A stretch of 43,239 nt of DNA from Rhizaria sp. SCN 62-66 (GCA_001724265.1 MEDY01000704.1:1-43239), one strand, 5' to 3'; positions 12,001-19,366 are shown, counted from the stretch's first letter. The notes: generated from the sequence alone by a model not told the origin. A program made the numbers and translations.

Positions 12001-15000
12001 GCGGGATAGGCCCGATGTCAACACTATGCAGCGTTGTCAGCGCCGTGGAAGTTGATGCGTCAACCAGCGTAAAGCATGATGCAGGGACCAAACTTGTAGC
12101 CGCGTATGCTGTCTTGTGAACGGCACTCATAGTGTACGCCGCCTCGATTTGGAAGCCAACGAACTTGGGCTGCGCAGGCATGCACGTCGCAGGCATCGAC
12201 ATCTGGTCAAAGCCGCTGCTGTAGCGACTCGCACAAGTCCCCGTTGCGAGACTGTTGACCAGTGTTACGGTTTTGCCCGTCGTGAAAACACCACAGTTGC
12301 TCTGTAGCACAACGTTATACGCGCTTAGCACGCTTGTGTGCGGGAACAAGTAAAAGTGAATCTTGGCAGTCAGGTCCGTACTGGCCCATGCAATCTCGGT
12401 CAAGACAGTGGTGAACTCAAAAGGTGGGCTATACGTGAGAGGCGCACCAAGTGATGAGCCAGCAAACGCGGACACCGTCGTAGAGACAGTTGCGGCGGTG
12501 GCATACGTAGTTGCGATGGTGAAACTAAACTCCGACGCCGTGAACGAGGTCTTCTCATACGCGATGGTAAAAAGGCCAGTATAAAAAGAGACGTACATCG
12601 CAGGTGTCAAAGAAGACGAACACTTTACGCTTCCCTTAGCAAAGCTGGAGCAACTGCTCGACAAACCCACTGAACTTGATGAAGTCATTTCAGACGATGC
12701 ACTATACGAATATGTGACAGTTACAGACGAAATGCGTTTAAAGAAAAACACGCGCACAAAGTAGTTCTGCACCGAAGAGCCTGTGACAGCAGGCGCAGTT
12801 GTGTTGGCGCCGGTGACTGTCGCAGTCGTAACGCGCGTCAGGTAGAGCGCCGCCACAGCACTCGGCGGCGAGTCAGAGGCGGAGATCGTGTCGTCGGACA
12901 TGTCTGTGTTTTGCTGCGGCACACTGACGCCAGAGACTGTACCAAGCGCACCTTGTGCTGTGCTGTAAGTCTTGAACATCGCCAGATAGTATGCGTACGT
13001 TGTGGTCACAGGGCCAAAACGGAACACGCGCGGCGCGTAGTAGTTACCCGAGCCACTCACCGTTCCGCAGCCGCTTACGGTCACCGTGGTTGGGTTGGTG
13101 TAGCTGACCGTGCATGTGACTTTTGTGAGCCCGGTACCGGCCGTGTAGGATGTGATAGCGAATGTGCTACTCGTCATGACAGCGCTCGGCGCGATACCAC
13201 TTTGCATTGTCAGCGTGAATCCCCAGCCGTTCGAAAGCGCTGAGTGGGCGTAAACGATTACTTCGTATTCAAGTTTAACAGGAGCCGCGGTGTGTGGCAT
13301 ATCGCTGAGACTAATGTCAGAACCAAGACTCGCACGCACAGGATAGAACACAAAATCGACCTGGCGCGTGTAGGCAGACACGGGTTGCGCTATGCTGACA
13401 GCACGGGGATACGTTCCGACGCTAAAACATGCTAGATCGAGTGAATACCGAGCTGTGTTGGTCACGTCAAATGTGATCGACGTCGCCGTGCCAGTCGTAA
13501 CACGATAATCGCCCGATGCGGTGATAGAACTCGAGGCTGTAACAAGCGAAATATCAGTACATGATGACAAAACGGTGTACGCGATGACGTTGGCGATAGG
13601 ATTTGTAGCGTAAAAGTAGATGCGCATGTTAACTTGAAGCGTGCGTGATGTTGCCAGCACAGAGCCCTGGATTAGCACACGGCTGATCGGCGTCATATGC
13701 CAGAAGTACGCCGCAGTGCCAGAGGCACGGATAACAAGGTGGTCGGTCGCAGAAACGCCCGTGGTGATGGACGGCGAGGTCAGCTTAAGCGCATCTTTGT
13801 TGATCCAATAAGGATCGTTTGCAATCACACGCGAAGCTGCGTTGGAAAAAACAACACGCATGTTGGTCACAGTACAGTAAATCATTGAACCGGCAAGCGT
13901 GTACGCCGATGCAGCAATGATAAGCTGGGTACTAGAAGAACTGGAGAAGTAACACGAACCGCCTGTGACCACAGAGGCTGATGAGAAGTCAAACGAAGTC
14001 AACGCTGTGGTGAAGGTGAGCAGAGCGCCCGCATTAAGCACTTCGCCGACTTCGATGTTGAATGTGCCGCTGAAGGTTGAGACGACCATGTCATAGTTGC
14101 TCGGCTCTGGTGTGAGCACAAGCGAAATCGGTGAATATGAGTACGTCATCGTGCGCATGATGGCGACAATGGGCGCCGACAGCGACGTCGCAAGAGTGAC
14201 TGGCACGCCTGACGTCGCCTGGGATGTGAGGTGGATCATCAGGCAGTAGCCCTGGATTGTGGGCGTAGGAGAGCTCATCGGCGACTGCACGTTCGTGATG
14301 TTAACCTGAAACGCGCTGGATCCTAGACTTGCACCTGCGGCGCAAGAAAAGACGAAACGCGTTGTGGCAGCCGAGACTGTGTAGCAGCCCGAGTTGGTGA
14401 TCGCGGAGGTCGCAGAAAAGAGGACGGGCGAGCTGTCGCAGAATCGAATGGTGCCACGAACACCCTCGACATAATCAAATAGCGACGCGACGCCAGCGCC
14501 ATACCACGTTGTAAATGAGGTTGTGAGGAGACTGTTTGATCCCGAAGTGCCGGTGCGCAAGCTGCCAACAACGTCAAACTGCAACTGTGCGGGCGTGTAC
14601 ACGCGAGAAGCCGCGCGGTAATTGCCGCATCCAAAGAAGTCGTTGTAGGTATAAACATCGTACGTATAGTAGGTCGAAGGCCTGGCCGAGACAATCAGTG
14701 TTGATGAGGAAAAAGTTGGTAGGGTGCTGGTCGCTGAGGCGAGAAACCGGAGCGTGAGCGAGTTCGAAGGATCATGATTGAAGAACGAATAGCCGAGATT
14801 GAGCCTAAATACATACTCTGTGTTGCTGCGCTTCTCGAGCAGTGATATCGAGTAAATTGGTGCCTCGTTGTACTCGGTGAGAGGACTACTAAATGGGATA
14901 AACCCATTCCCCACGGCAAGATAAGAAAGGGCAGTAACGATTGCGCCAGATGATGTTGTAATATCAATTTCAACGTCAACGATGCTTGGATAGTACGTGT

Positions 15001-16177
15001 AGGTACCGGAAGAACTGATGTGCCCGCTCTTAATCGTTGCCAGCGAGCGCGCGTTCATGTTGCGCATGCTGACTTCGAGAACGAACGAAGTTTCAGAGCC
15101 TGTGCGCGGCGATCCGATACTCATTATAGCAACAGAAAGCTGGAAAGGATCATACATCGGGAGCGGATTTGCAGCAACGCTTGCGTATGAGACTCCGAAT
15201 TTGTACAGCGAAGTAACTGATGCAGTGTGGTAGGCGGCGAACCGTGAGTCGAAGGTGCAGCCTGCTTTGGTGAAATTATCGGTCGTTCCATAGCCCCCAC
15301 CAACGAAGGAAGTCCACATTGTGTCTGAGTGTGAGAGCGAATATGGGCAATTACCGATGCTCAGGCCAGTGGGGAAGCAGATATAATCGCAAGAGCCCAT
15401 GTAGACTGTGGCTGTTAAGCAGGGCTCAGTCACCCAGTAGTATGTGCTGCCCGAGAACAGCGCCCATGTGCCCTCAAAGGTGAAGTAGACGCAGTTCGTA
15501 CACGAAACAGAGATCAAGTGCTCAGCAGCGTAATAGTTGTAGGAATCCACGACGCCGTTGTACCTATACACAACTTGAGACACGACGCGGGAACCATGTA
15601 CGTAGCCGCCGTTCACAGCTTGTAGCTGCGCATCAAAGGAAGAGGCACCCTGCTGATGCGGCAAGGCCGCGGGGGTGAACGCACCGGCGTGAGGGCTGCG
15701 GCCGCTGACACGGGCGTGATGATGAGTACTGTCACCGCTGGTGCTTTTGTTGCTGTGGTGCTGCTGCACGCGGAGGCGTGCAAAGCGCTCGCCATCAGCG
15801 GCATGCACGCGTTCCACATGGAGAGCGACCGCCTGCTCGGGGGTCTCGAACGGCATGCCAGGGGTACGGGGCGGCGGAAGACCATTGAGCGGGTCGCCGA
15901 GCGCAAGTGCCAGCGCTTGCCAAAGGCTCGGCGGCAAGTAAGCTGGGTTCTTGTACAAGAGGCCTCGCGTCGTTACGTTTTGCGTCAGACGGTTGACAAA
16001 GGCCAGGTACATGTAGATACGCGGCAAGGAGCTCAGGTTGAACGGGAAAGTTGTTGACAGCGCAGATGGCGGCTGAAGGGCTGCGGTCGCGGCGACAGCT
16101 TCGAGGGCAACAATGAAGATCAGAAGCACTGCTGCGGACGCGATGAACGCACGCATGGCGCGTCCGGCCACGCGCAT
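1..16177 (-). CDS. Giant intronless secreted/cell-surface beta-rich multidomain protein, at least 5,392 aa, 3'-partial (runs off the left edge)
   Basis: First ATG after an in-frame TAA (16220-16222) is at 16177 (alternative ATG 16156): MRVAGRAMRAFIASAAVLLIFIVALEAVAATAALQPP..., a hydrophobic signal-peptide-like start. Long stretches translated by hand read as a Thr/Ser/Val/Ala-rich protein, and the frame at the edge (...DWRFTVSLDPVAAEITTLAIDVLPNNATGPNPSCGFRLITGEL) is the same as at the ATG. The ORF track lists no closed minus-strand ORF in this frame anywhere in 1-16177, which implies no stop before the edge. Confidence 0.93.
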   Translation of the reverse strand, partial: MRVAGRAMRAFIASAAVLLIFIVALEAVAATAALQPPSALSTTFPFNLSSLPRIYMYLAFVNRLTQNVTTRGLLYKNPAYLPPSLWQALALALGDPLNGLPPPRTPGMPFETPEQAVALHVERVHAADGERFARLRVQQHHSNKSTSGDSTHHHARVSGRSPHAGAFTPAALPHQQGASSFDAQLQAVNGGYVHGSRVVSQVVYRYNGVVDSYNYYAAEHLISVSCTNCVYFTFEGTWALFSGSTYYWVTEPCLTATVYMGSCDYICFPTGLSIGNCPYSLSHSDTMWTSFVGGGYGTTDNFTKAGCTFDSRFAAYHTASVTSLYKFGVSYASVAANPLPMYDPFQLSVAIMSIGSPRTGSETSFVLEVSMRNMNARSLATIKSGHISSSGTYTYYPSIVDVEIDITTSSGAIVTALSYLAVGNGFIPFSSPLTEYNEAPIYSISLLEKRSNTEYVFRLNLGYSFFNHDPSNSLTLRFLASATSTLPTFSSSTLIVSARPSTYYTYDVYTYNDFFGCGNYRAASRVYTPAQLQFDVVGSLRTGTSGSNSLLTTSFTTWYGAGVASLFDYVEGVRGTIRFCDSSPVLFSATSAITNSGCYTVSAATTRFVFSCAAGASLGSSAFQVNITNVQSPMSSPTPTIQGYCLMIHLTSQATSGVPVTLATSLSAPIVAIMRTMTYSYSPISLVLTPEPSNYDMVVSTFSGTFNIEVGEVLNAGALLTFTTALTSFDFSSASVVTGGSCYFSSSSSTQLIIAASAYTLAGSMIYCTVTNMRVVFSNAASRVIANDPYWINKDALKLTSPSITTGVSATDHLVIRASGTAAYFWHMTPISRVLIQGSVLATSRTLQVNMRIYFYATNPIANVIAYTVLSSCTDISLVTASSSITASGDYRVTTGTATSITFDVTNTARYSLDLACFSVGTYPRAVSIAQPVSAYTRQVDFVFYPVRASLGSDISLSDMPHTAAPVKLEYEVIVYAHSALSNGWGFTLTMQSGIAPSAVMTSSTFAITSYTAGTGLTKVTCTVSYTNPTTVTVSGCGTVSGSGNYYAPRVFRFGPVTTTYAYYLAMFKTYSTAQGALGTVSGVSVPQQNTDMSDDTISASDSPPSAVAALYLTRVTTATVTGANTTAPAVTGSSVQNYFVRVFFFKRISSVTVTYSYSASSEMTSSSSVGLSSSCSSFAKGSVKCSSSLTPAMYVSFYTGLFTIAYEKTSFTASEFSFTIATTYATAATVSTTVSAFAGSSLGAPLTYSPPFEFTTVLTEIAWASTDLTAKIHFYLFPHTSVLSAYNVVLQSNCGVFTTGKTVTLVNSLATGTCASRYSSGFDQMSMPATCMPAQPKFVGFQIEAAYTMSAVHKTAYAATSLVPASCFTLVDASTSTALTTLHSVDIGPIPPPNAFMYDLSMVRSSSSSLQHARADIRTVLMVPISATSVKVIVTVSNSTAGNCPAGLTVTSTTFYTLGSSCTRTSASGSELVATCTGGPWGNKDVFAFGFDYINFPTTVNNIEETPYLGPGCISVKMAYDAFTLTGIPMTPVWSRPLLTAELERTLSSDATQGATHHLSLDLGDEKFVATTNDFSFIALLRDFSGLTFYSHTGFVTTSKIDWKVASPASGAVEFGPSAPTSAVGVCLPTAPCTVRIPVTATFAGTVPLFTSVSVYVKETSTGLTRPYATAPVRMPAGIIQQQLAPPAMPFSATAFTVTATAASPLLRTFSITLFDTTTLNTAALQYWVVQLPLTGFTYASAKYTLKVGAGSASTAVSVPAEGEITIPKISTMVNVSVVMTVTSVTVTLVETPELVTVALEHYSMRNTLTANATRLNRAVSLGYGALQQDTRATYTISSNTFAAGLRPVYATADCAMVLTETRYRMKCSVAWTGLVDITPSMTLALVTRDASPHTTPTGVRLESATRTSPTLGSTPCTPATTGAAIALTNCLANGYSALTLEVIISAVSFLVEQQLEIELRSGTARRAVAQVRPPLGVIELTGVDPVFTFASPTSHNGLLVMKPVLSYYANTISSALYAEVEILGGRFGTRFVAGASKTTTSVTFNSCAVECELNNVIFPNISTSLLCPISSCSLPASGQLTVSVTSGFVPGPTTEERAMLRLSITATVVGPGDRRVLYSGLFTAPRGTLTGGDTSTGTDTVTAGTVARTAVHTLTPAPTLCSGGDIVLDSGEYFRLTPPLSARTNMAWEALAAAQYTWSSPDLAASGTTAVSLTATVSSKQRWIILRPQTEGRAYCFGARQPNLIATLPIVIPVMASESFIVEILSRGGLVRYRHLARLSSLPDTELPAVLTLSTRAQGDYSAVGYVKINITDLTVAQVNEARFSLTMGSACNYFPAVGTKTLGFSDNVVLVSNPSSASLYKTPVVDALEFSITATAIPVVAYVPGVYCSSSADTAVTLATHFGTSAAVVMSKTATLPVAAPIPATQIALYAMHLNGKFATVAGAMRPPVEGIAGYAFSDKFDISFAIISSLGIPAGYYLSLIVPWVTTATFSVSVLDSAHTTITNVVQTLVPAERRVSLQFTKGWPANSQMIIVRSGSSVDSTVTSREVTAKITMNLDSMTNNILEQGTSIVPLRSDWYQALTSSVTVVPTALGSGYARGVSLTVNFRAPAATFIAVSPNPLSVLLVLFPTITVASDPVHESAKFFFSNAGSTTLQCGTLAVKTLATSRKFERYASALSADGTTVTYAPGFRIELEYQAAAVNDNCVLTVTHLHASNVYYRDALTLVTTATVTLLSGASATVLNNFYYSTATAAVTTTGLLKTNDLPTPWAQILPLAPLSMNSTSSLRFLSAGNELSVMGPQAFFYTASTTVSNDPGFAGLGDVFSLASRLQIKTVPTSATAMCFSLPVGTNSSATTITLYIEGQSTSSPTSIAANATVCPSGLRDVLASFDAISFTANTAARSDAQRAVLPTQCVCTNTAALPTTLKQADSVMTIVIPGVSFMPSLPAEAIESLRMSPLTMIAPVANVEGTMEAVVAPAMTIGAIPPRNRIFPRGFHIGNPLTPFTDLAQVTAAAAAPSMSLMYAVASDGLYVAEPTVSVSATTPTPYVSPQISTLAAWKKIASVASGRVSLAVAPDDTTVVLNSDNKQLTIIETSYDDTISTATIPFSSIDKQPLYPYRNAHQAPLFTPIILGWQERTSFAASAATATVVLPVGGALHVFSFTAEGQSKFLRTEYPIGENSTITAVASSATALAFVVCGSIPNAAGAQCVTVKQALGAVTFTTSARITIDSRVGVVVTAADLCPAGYNGLALDACFFAAVQNTDAEAPASTIYRISLGSTIAVTRAAVVPGIQVVDLKLTSFANQIILLRNNPNLIPLSSVAIAVLSRISDSWMYEAGGDLSSIFLTLPSTSTVPSQRNLPMLVASADRESFIVAAGNAAQWRSFKALPVLNNVVALSPTSSAITVQFSRASTSHKVLFASNTFTLTLTLTGSLYNGSTLIQTLRSSSGVNDVSVSLPLTTAAPWYVADSLSPYSAALAFGVHPASTGVKDVELSSHLRMVTMLPNIAGFIATSDVMLPEKTWFGGVVPTLVGSYIADPMFGRGKTTTWRVWFTSPDALHTAATWTLALRYATVAQQTAVIRATNANWTLSVTCTPGFVGKVSCAASASAVTNVATGTPLLLRLDLEVTLIASADLLTTSSTGSNPYSLMTMTRGALTVPTQPYSYVRPAVNPAGYFGYSHRAPLGAHLPSRGPGQVSWYANSEDALCYTFARDFSGCYRFTHRSNVITGDWIATRNTAAAPDPAMASAYGPQGTLVSLVTATRTGSKVSAMRFTAPDPTTGPLAANVLQSFVDLPFDSNMFYFRLGASGVAHMYVVSSAELTGGLVIVYNDAYEVVMLVRMNPRTMRASGTDNVLTSELYKRMDTPIQFSGNAVGDRIVATFDWTAPTSLTNTSQPTTRVVFVYASGLMRACVANIRESSAAANRATASFTADTVRFSCAQADGASTYWVTNSDGTVLTPTSAAFAVSDGVAYIGTEQNVIVAVKLSSSTGVVTITVNHVPSLSTVCPIAALAVHPSGRVISLACADSGTLVNVRVLHGEDLTRYILRANQTAGCMVHVSAEPSRDLTQADRINLHSESIDAYRYFTYDAGLRSVVSMAYAPHGTHLAVMGTTSVSTSNTVQFLRMAEEMTTTFSPSKLGGGVLANWTFTFAFESFAYPTLPVCTVWGPQSTSFANVTSVTITTTPATTTRTVTAITQLAHKLTFVGTAAMTATSGTWEVIVLNVINPIMNVTQEFQASIACSHQVTPQDPGNTLWSADNMAPVWNGPVLPTGLQTVAVTSVPTPITADSYPWSLTLMTLASGSPVSLTYLPPFSRSPLALQDAVKIGKSQVYRVRVRFQDGSAAPCVVGEGNAAVVTIASRTGISTTFMLSCSAATTYDNPIVVELTPWVGTLASGYAAALSTTLTKPVRVTPTYYLTATVRVGSTVNTEPESYPAGADTDVILHFNVPMTEDTSYTLSFSTTSGTCRFYNAVTGDGPTTKLIGSIALPGDLERIDDNGIVIGRMRCSVPYSPGVTINMVIPSDKGFVGDTMPVRPIVGTVFVRPTMTYALEFSIGANNPPIELAVLAQPAFSTRSAVKMELLRNGLPLSVPCSLLASSSSTAAKVRTLTVQLTSTTYAAINCYESVAPTDNIALSVTYPNNDGSYDVITTNYITAWLISTVRMLTVMPTGVETPTSLPIFTPFYIEFDTEVRVERYTTNIFQHSAGGDACAFAPVSSLTKLLHIKNDDEYRALITEGVLSEQMTDRVNLISTNTQRHALLAICSTAAVAVGTSIDFTLTRVGDSYIYPARLSHHASVVQVLFTPKAAVYDAARTPNTLGETPMSEVAPHEYFIDTLPLSLTLEWVLPTERANSVTVSVYMLDSAPCYFNDNINATSVSTTLLPEDAESGSLVFTVVCTVMRYSEQFATRITDDSTGAVIAQWTALQVRITGRITLTAALPALDTADASTIDLTESTSVVEFPRAVTVPMTLTFRPALVDSGVFGLSFTNPSANCVFKASSTSAADTDTKDFSLAVGVEQVTFSITCAQPASDPPRISALFTEDSKVYYDRFESSGLQTKGELQLMINNKTTASYLSFVVRETYTIIGQFVPTPTVLQSVSITQITTPADCVFLLNNGATLYTSEPVFKQTSLTEPFYARMICRRTHGVGSIFSITSDVYTGETIGPTPVWGLIGMDFFVPTNIVGANREITDLTSRELFSTEAVASGADELPAPYILRAPATNTTQVRVRVIPSVLAMTIVYVTFTKTNGLCGFTTYSDSGIVTFAYTAQLTYAVGDAQKDIYVSCSVTNSEPVYLHAELAAGNYLLPAISLPLKVRGSIKFTTDGVEPRMAFNGDLVANRDWRFTVSLDPVAAEITTLAIDVLPNNATGPNPSCGFRLITGEL

Positions 16178-16873
16178 ACAATTGATAGGCGATACTAAAG
16201 TGGCGGACAGTGTGGATTTTTAAGGGCACGCTGGGTGTGTGCCTTGTCAAGAGTTTAACAACAACAAGCTAGCGGAGGCGGGACCAGGTGAGGGAGCAGC
16301 GAGCTAAACGACGCCTTAAATGGGGTAAATGAATATTCCAAGAAACAAATGGGATAAAAATGTGAAATTAATAGCAGATAAAGTGGCCTTCGGTCTACAC
16401 AAATGCTGAAAAGTGAATATTCATGCTGTTAATATCGCGACAAAGCGACACTTGAGTGAGAACTGGCTGGTCTGCCCCATGGTAATTTCTTATCGAAGAT
16501 AAAATCGCCTGATGATTTGCAAGCACAATAAAGCATCATAACATAATGTAACTCGGACTGTTTCATCCACTTTGAGTGCAGTTATGAAGCGCAAATTGCG
16601 TTTTGTGGGGAAAACGAGTGCCGCAATAATTCTCCTCGATCGACGTCCTCCTTTCGGTTAAGACGATCTCACAGCTGATGCAGTGAAGTCCACAGTTAAG
16701 CTGCGCAACTGCAATGAACATTATATGTTGGTATGTTAGAAATTCTGAACATCCCAAGCCTCAAATCGAGATGACATTGATATCCTGGCTCGATCTCAAC
16801 ATAATCACTCTCTCGTCCCAACCCCAGGACCAAGCCGACCACTATGACCGCAAACTCTTTCCGTGGGCCGCCG

Positions 16874-16909
<36 letters not shown>
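16874..16909. repeat. Poly-C/poly-G homopolymer (~36 nt)
   Basis: Directly visible C run ~700 bp upstream of the giant ORF start. Confidence 0.95.
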
Positions 16910-17022
16910 AGTCAACTTGAAAAACAACTCGGCCCGCACAGAACGAATGATTTTTCTTTAAAACTCAGTAAAACACCCGTTATATATGCTATTGTCACAT
17001 TAAAACACTTGAATTAAACAGT

Positions 17023-18690
17023 TTATTCCTCGTATGGAATGGTTTCTTTCTTCTGAATTGTGTTATTAGGCGCCGCAGCACGAGCTTGGACTATCACCCT
17101 GCGTTCGAAGCGGTGGGTTCTTTCGTTCCTCCAAAAGGTCGTCATCGTAGCGGAATAAATCACGGTATGCTCGCTCGCTGAACGCTCCAATTTAATGCGG
17201 CGCTGTACAATAGCAAAGGATGCGTTACAGAGGTCGTGGGGCAATCCTGACATCACGTTTTGATCAACAAAACGAGAGGACCAACGATGCAAAAGAATGC
17301 CGGTGTTTTGAGCGTTCGGCGCTCGCATAGGGAAGCCAATGTCCTGGATAAGGTTTGACATAAGAGCAAAGCCAGCAGTGTAGAAGCAGAGGGGCCACTG
17401 GACAGGGGTTCGGCCATCGTGAGTCTAAGCTTGGCGAAAGAAGAGCCGCCAGTGGTGGGGATGTGATTACTGGTTGCCAGGTTGAGAGTGGCATTTACCA
17501 ATGTCATCACGCTCGCATCGCGCTATTCAGGCAGGCAAGCTCGATATCAATGCCACCACAAAGAGCATATCGAGATGCGCGCGAGATGCTTTGAGCACAG
17601 GTTGATTCAAGAGAGATGAACAAGATGATCGTGGGAGAAATTGGGCAAGCTGTACACCAGCAGCGGAGTAAGCAACTGTGACGCACGACATTTTACATTT
17701 AAAAAAGCATGTGAGACGGTGACTAAGACGGCCCGCGGTGTATTCCCCTCGCTGTGTCCAAAGGTGGTGTTTCTGTTTCTGTGTTCAAAAGTGGTGTTTC
17801 TTGTGTAAATGATCAGCATTTTAATGCATATAATTCGAATTATATGCTGATAACAATACTTTAAACACAGAAAACACTACACTTTAAACACAGAATCCTT
17901 CTGTGTGTGTTCACAGAAAACACCACCCTTGTATCCGGAGCTTGGTAGGTCGTTGGGTGCCGTTTCTCTGTGGTTCCTGTGAGAGAGTCCCTTTATGTAA
18001 AATGTCGCGCGTAACAGCAACCTCATTTGGCACGCTTCTTGAAGACTTTGCCGCATCGCTGTGGTTCGATAGTTCCGAGTGTAAGTGTAAACCGCGGATG
18101 AAAACCCGATGAAGGTCGCCCCAACAAAGGTTGCGTTCATGATAGAGATAGGGCTTACAAGCAGTGAGAGGGAATCGATATTCTGCAGCTCTGCGATATG
18201 CTGTTGTGATCAGTCTGGAGAGCGGGACCCGAACACCCGAAGAAAGATCTGATGCAAAATCTTGAGTACAGTACTGCATGTATGACTCCTTGTACTAGGA
18301 GCGGTGGATGCTTTCTTGCTTGTTCGGGCTAAGTGCGAGAGCAAAAAGAGCTGGTAGAGCTTCAAGCAGGCTCTTCAAACGACTAAATAGCAAACGGGAA
18401 CAACTGGCGCGTTCAAGTAACAAAAAAGCGCATGTGTACTCAAGAAGGCGTTGATAACGCTCTCAGAGGTGGGAGCTATCGCGTTCATGCAAACGTCTTC
18501 GCTGAGTCAAGCGGTCAGAATAAAAGAAGTGATATCTCTTGCAAAACATGCTTGATGACGAGACATGTTGTAATAACTGATAAAACCTATATGGTAAAAT
18601 CCAAGAAAATGAATACAGCTCGTTTGACGGTGAATTCATGGACCAAGGTTCGTGGCAAAAACGGAAGAGACTAGAGACCCCAGCTACTGC
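17023..18690 (-). pseudogene. Possible decayed coding sequence of unknown family, interrupted by the 17677-18016 element
   Basis: Several overlapping short minus-strand ORFs in a moderately GC-rich block. The frame ...SRSVPNEV continues as EVAYSAAGVQLAQF when the element and one TSD copy are removed. No recognisable motif. Confidence 0.25.
17677..18016. mobile_element. 340-bp palindromic non-autonomous element (MITE-like), subfamily A, TGT...ACA ends, 5-bp TSD GCAAC
   Basis: Left end TGTGACGCACGACATTTTACAT vs reverse complement of right end TGTTACGCGCGACATTTTACAT. GCAAC at 17672-17676 and 18017-18021. Internal inverted GGTGGTGTTTC/GAAAACACCACC motifs and a central perfect palindrome GCATATAATTCGAATTATATGC (17826-17847). 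Confidence 0.9.
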
Positions 18691-19133
18691 CACATCGGCC
18701 CAGCAACTGCGTAACCAAAAGGCAAATCACGCGAGCCACCTTATGACAAATGAAGCCATCAAATTCCTTATTGCATTATATGCTATGCCAACTGTGCTCC
18801 AAGCTTAAAAATTGATTTTTTTTTATGGGTGTGTTGACTGTCACGACAATATCCTTAGTTTTGTTCAAGTTCATATCTGAAACTGACTTATAAAAAGCTA
18901 ATAGACGATGGCAAAGGAACTATAAATACAATATATAAAAGCAACTAACATGTTTAAATCCCTGAATAAGATTAACAAAGACAGGAAATAACTTAAGATC
19001 TTCGAAAACGACTTTCCTCCTTCACATTGCCAAAACTAGCTATAGATCTCTATACGTACATTAAATTTTGCAGTTTCAAAATCAGAAGCGCTCTAGCAGT
19101 GTTTTCTTTTTCATATCGTCAGTTGACTAAGTA

Positions 19134-19206
19134 GTGGCTTTAGCTCAGATGGTAGAGTATGCGCTTAGCATGCGCGGGGCAGGGGGATCAATGCCCCCAA
19201 GCTACA
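19134..19206 (+). tRNA. tRNA-Ala (AGC)
   Basis: Cloverleaf folded by hand: acceptor GTGGCTT/AAGCTAC with G3:U70, anticodon arm TGCGC-TTAGCAT-GCGCG, T-arm GGGGG-ATCAATG-CCCCC. T-run (Pol III terminator) just downstream. Confidence 0.93.
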
Positions 19207-19294
19207 CACACTTTTTTTTGTTACTCTTTGCCTTCCTCTTATTCTTTGCCTCCCTCAAGTAGTAGTTTATGAAGTAAGTACTGTAACGACGTCC

Positions 19295-19366
19295 GTGCTA
19301 GTGGCTCAGTGGTAGAGTGTTCCGTTCGCAACGGAAAGGCCCCGGGTTCAAACCCCGGCTAGTACA
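19295..19366 (+). tRNA. tRNA-Ala (CGC)
   Basis: Acceptor GTGCTAG/CTAGTAC with G3:U70, anticodon arm TTCCG-TTCGCAA-CGGAA, T-arm CCGGG-TTCAAAC-CCCGG. T-run downstream. Confidence 0.95.

Noticed and set aside
1-16177. Possible stop-codon reassignment explaining the absence of a long ORF in the track
   Set aside because: The frame simply has no stop before the window edge. The other genes end in ordinary TAA/TGA, and no suppressor tRNA is present.
54-16250. Dozens of 60-257-aa ORFs on both strands in the first 16 kb
   Set aside because: All are off-frame or antisense shadows of the single giant minus-strand ORF.
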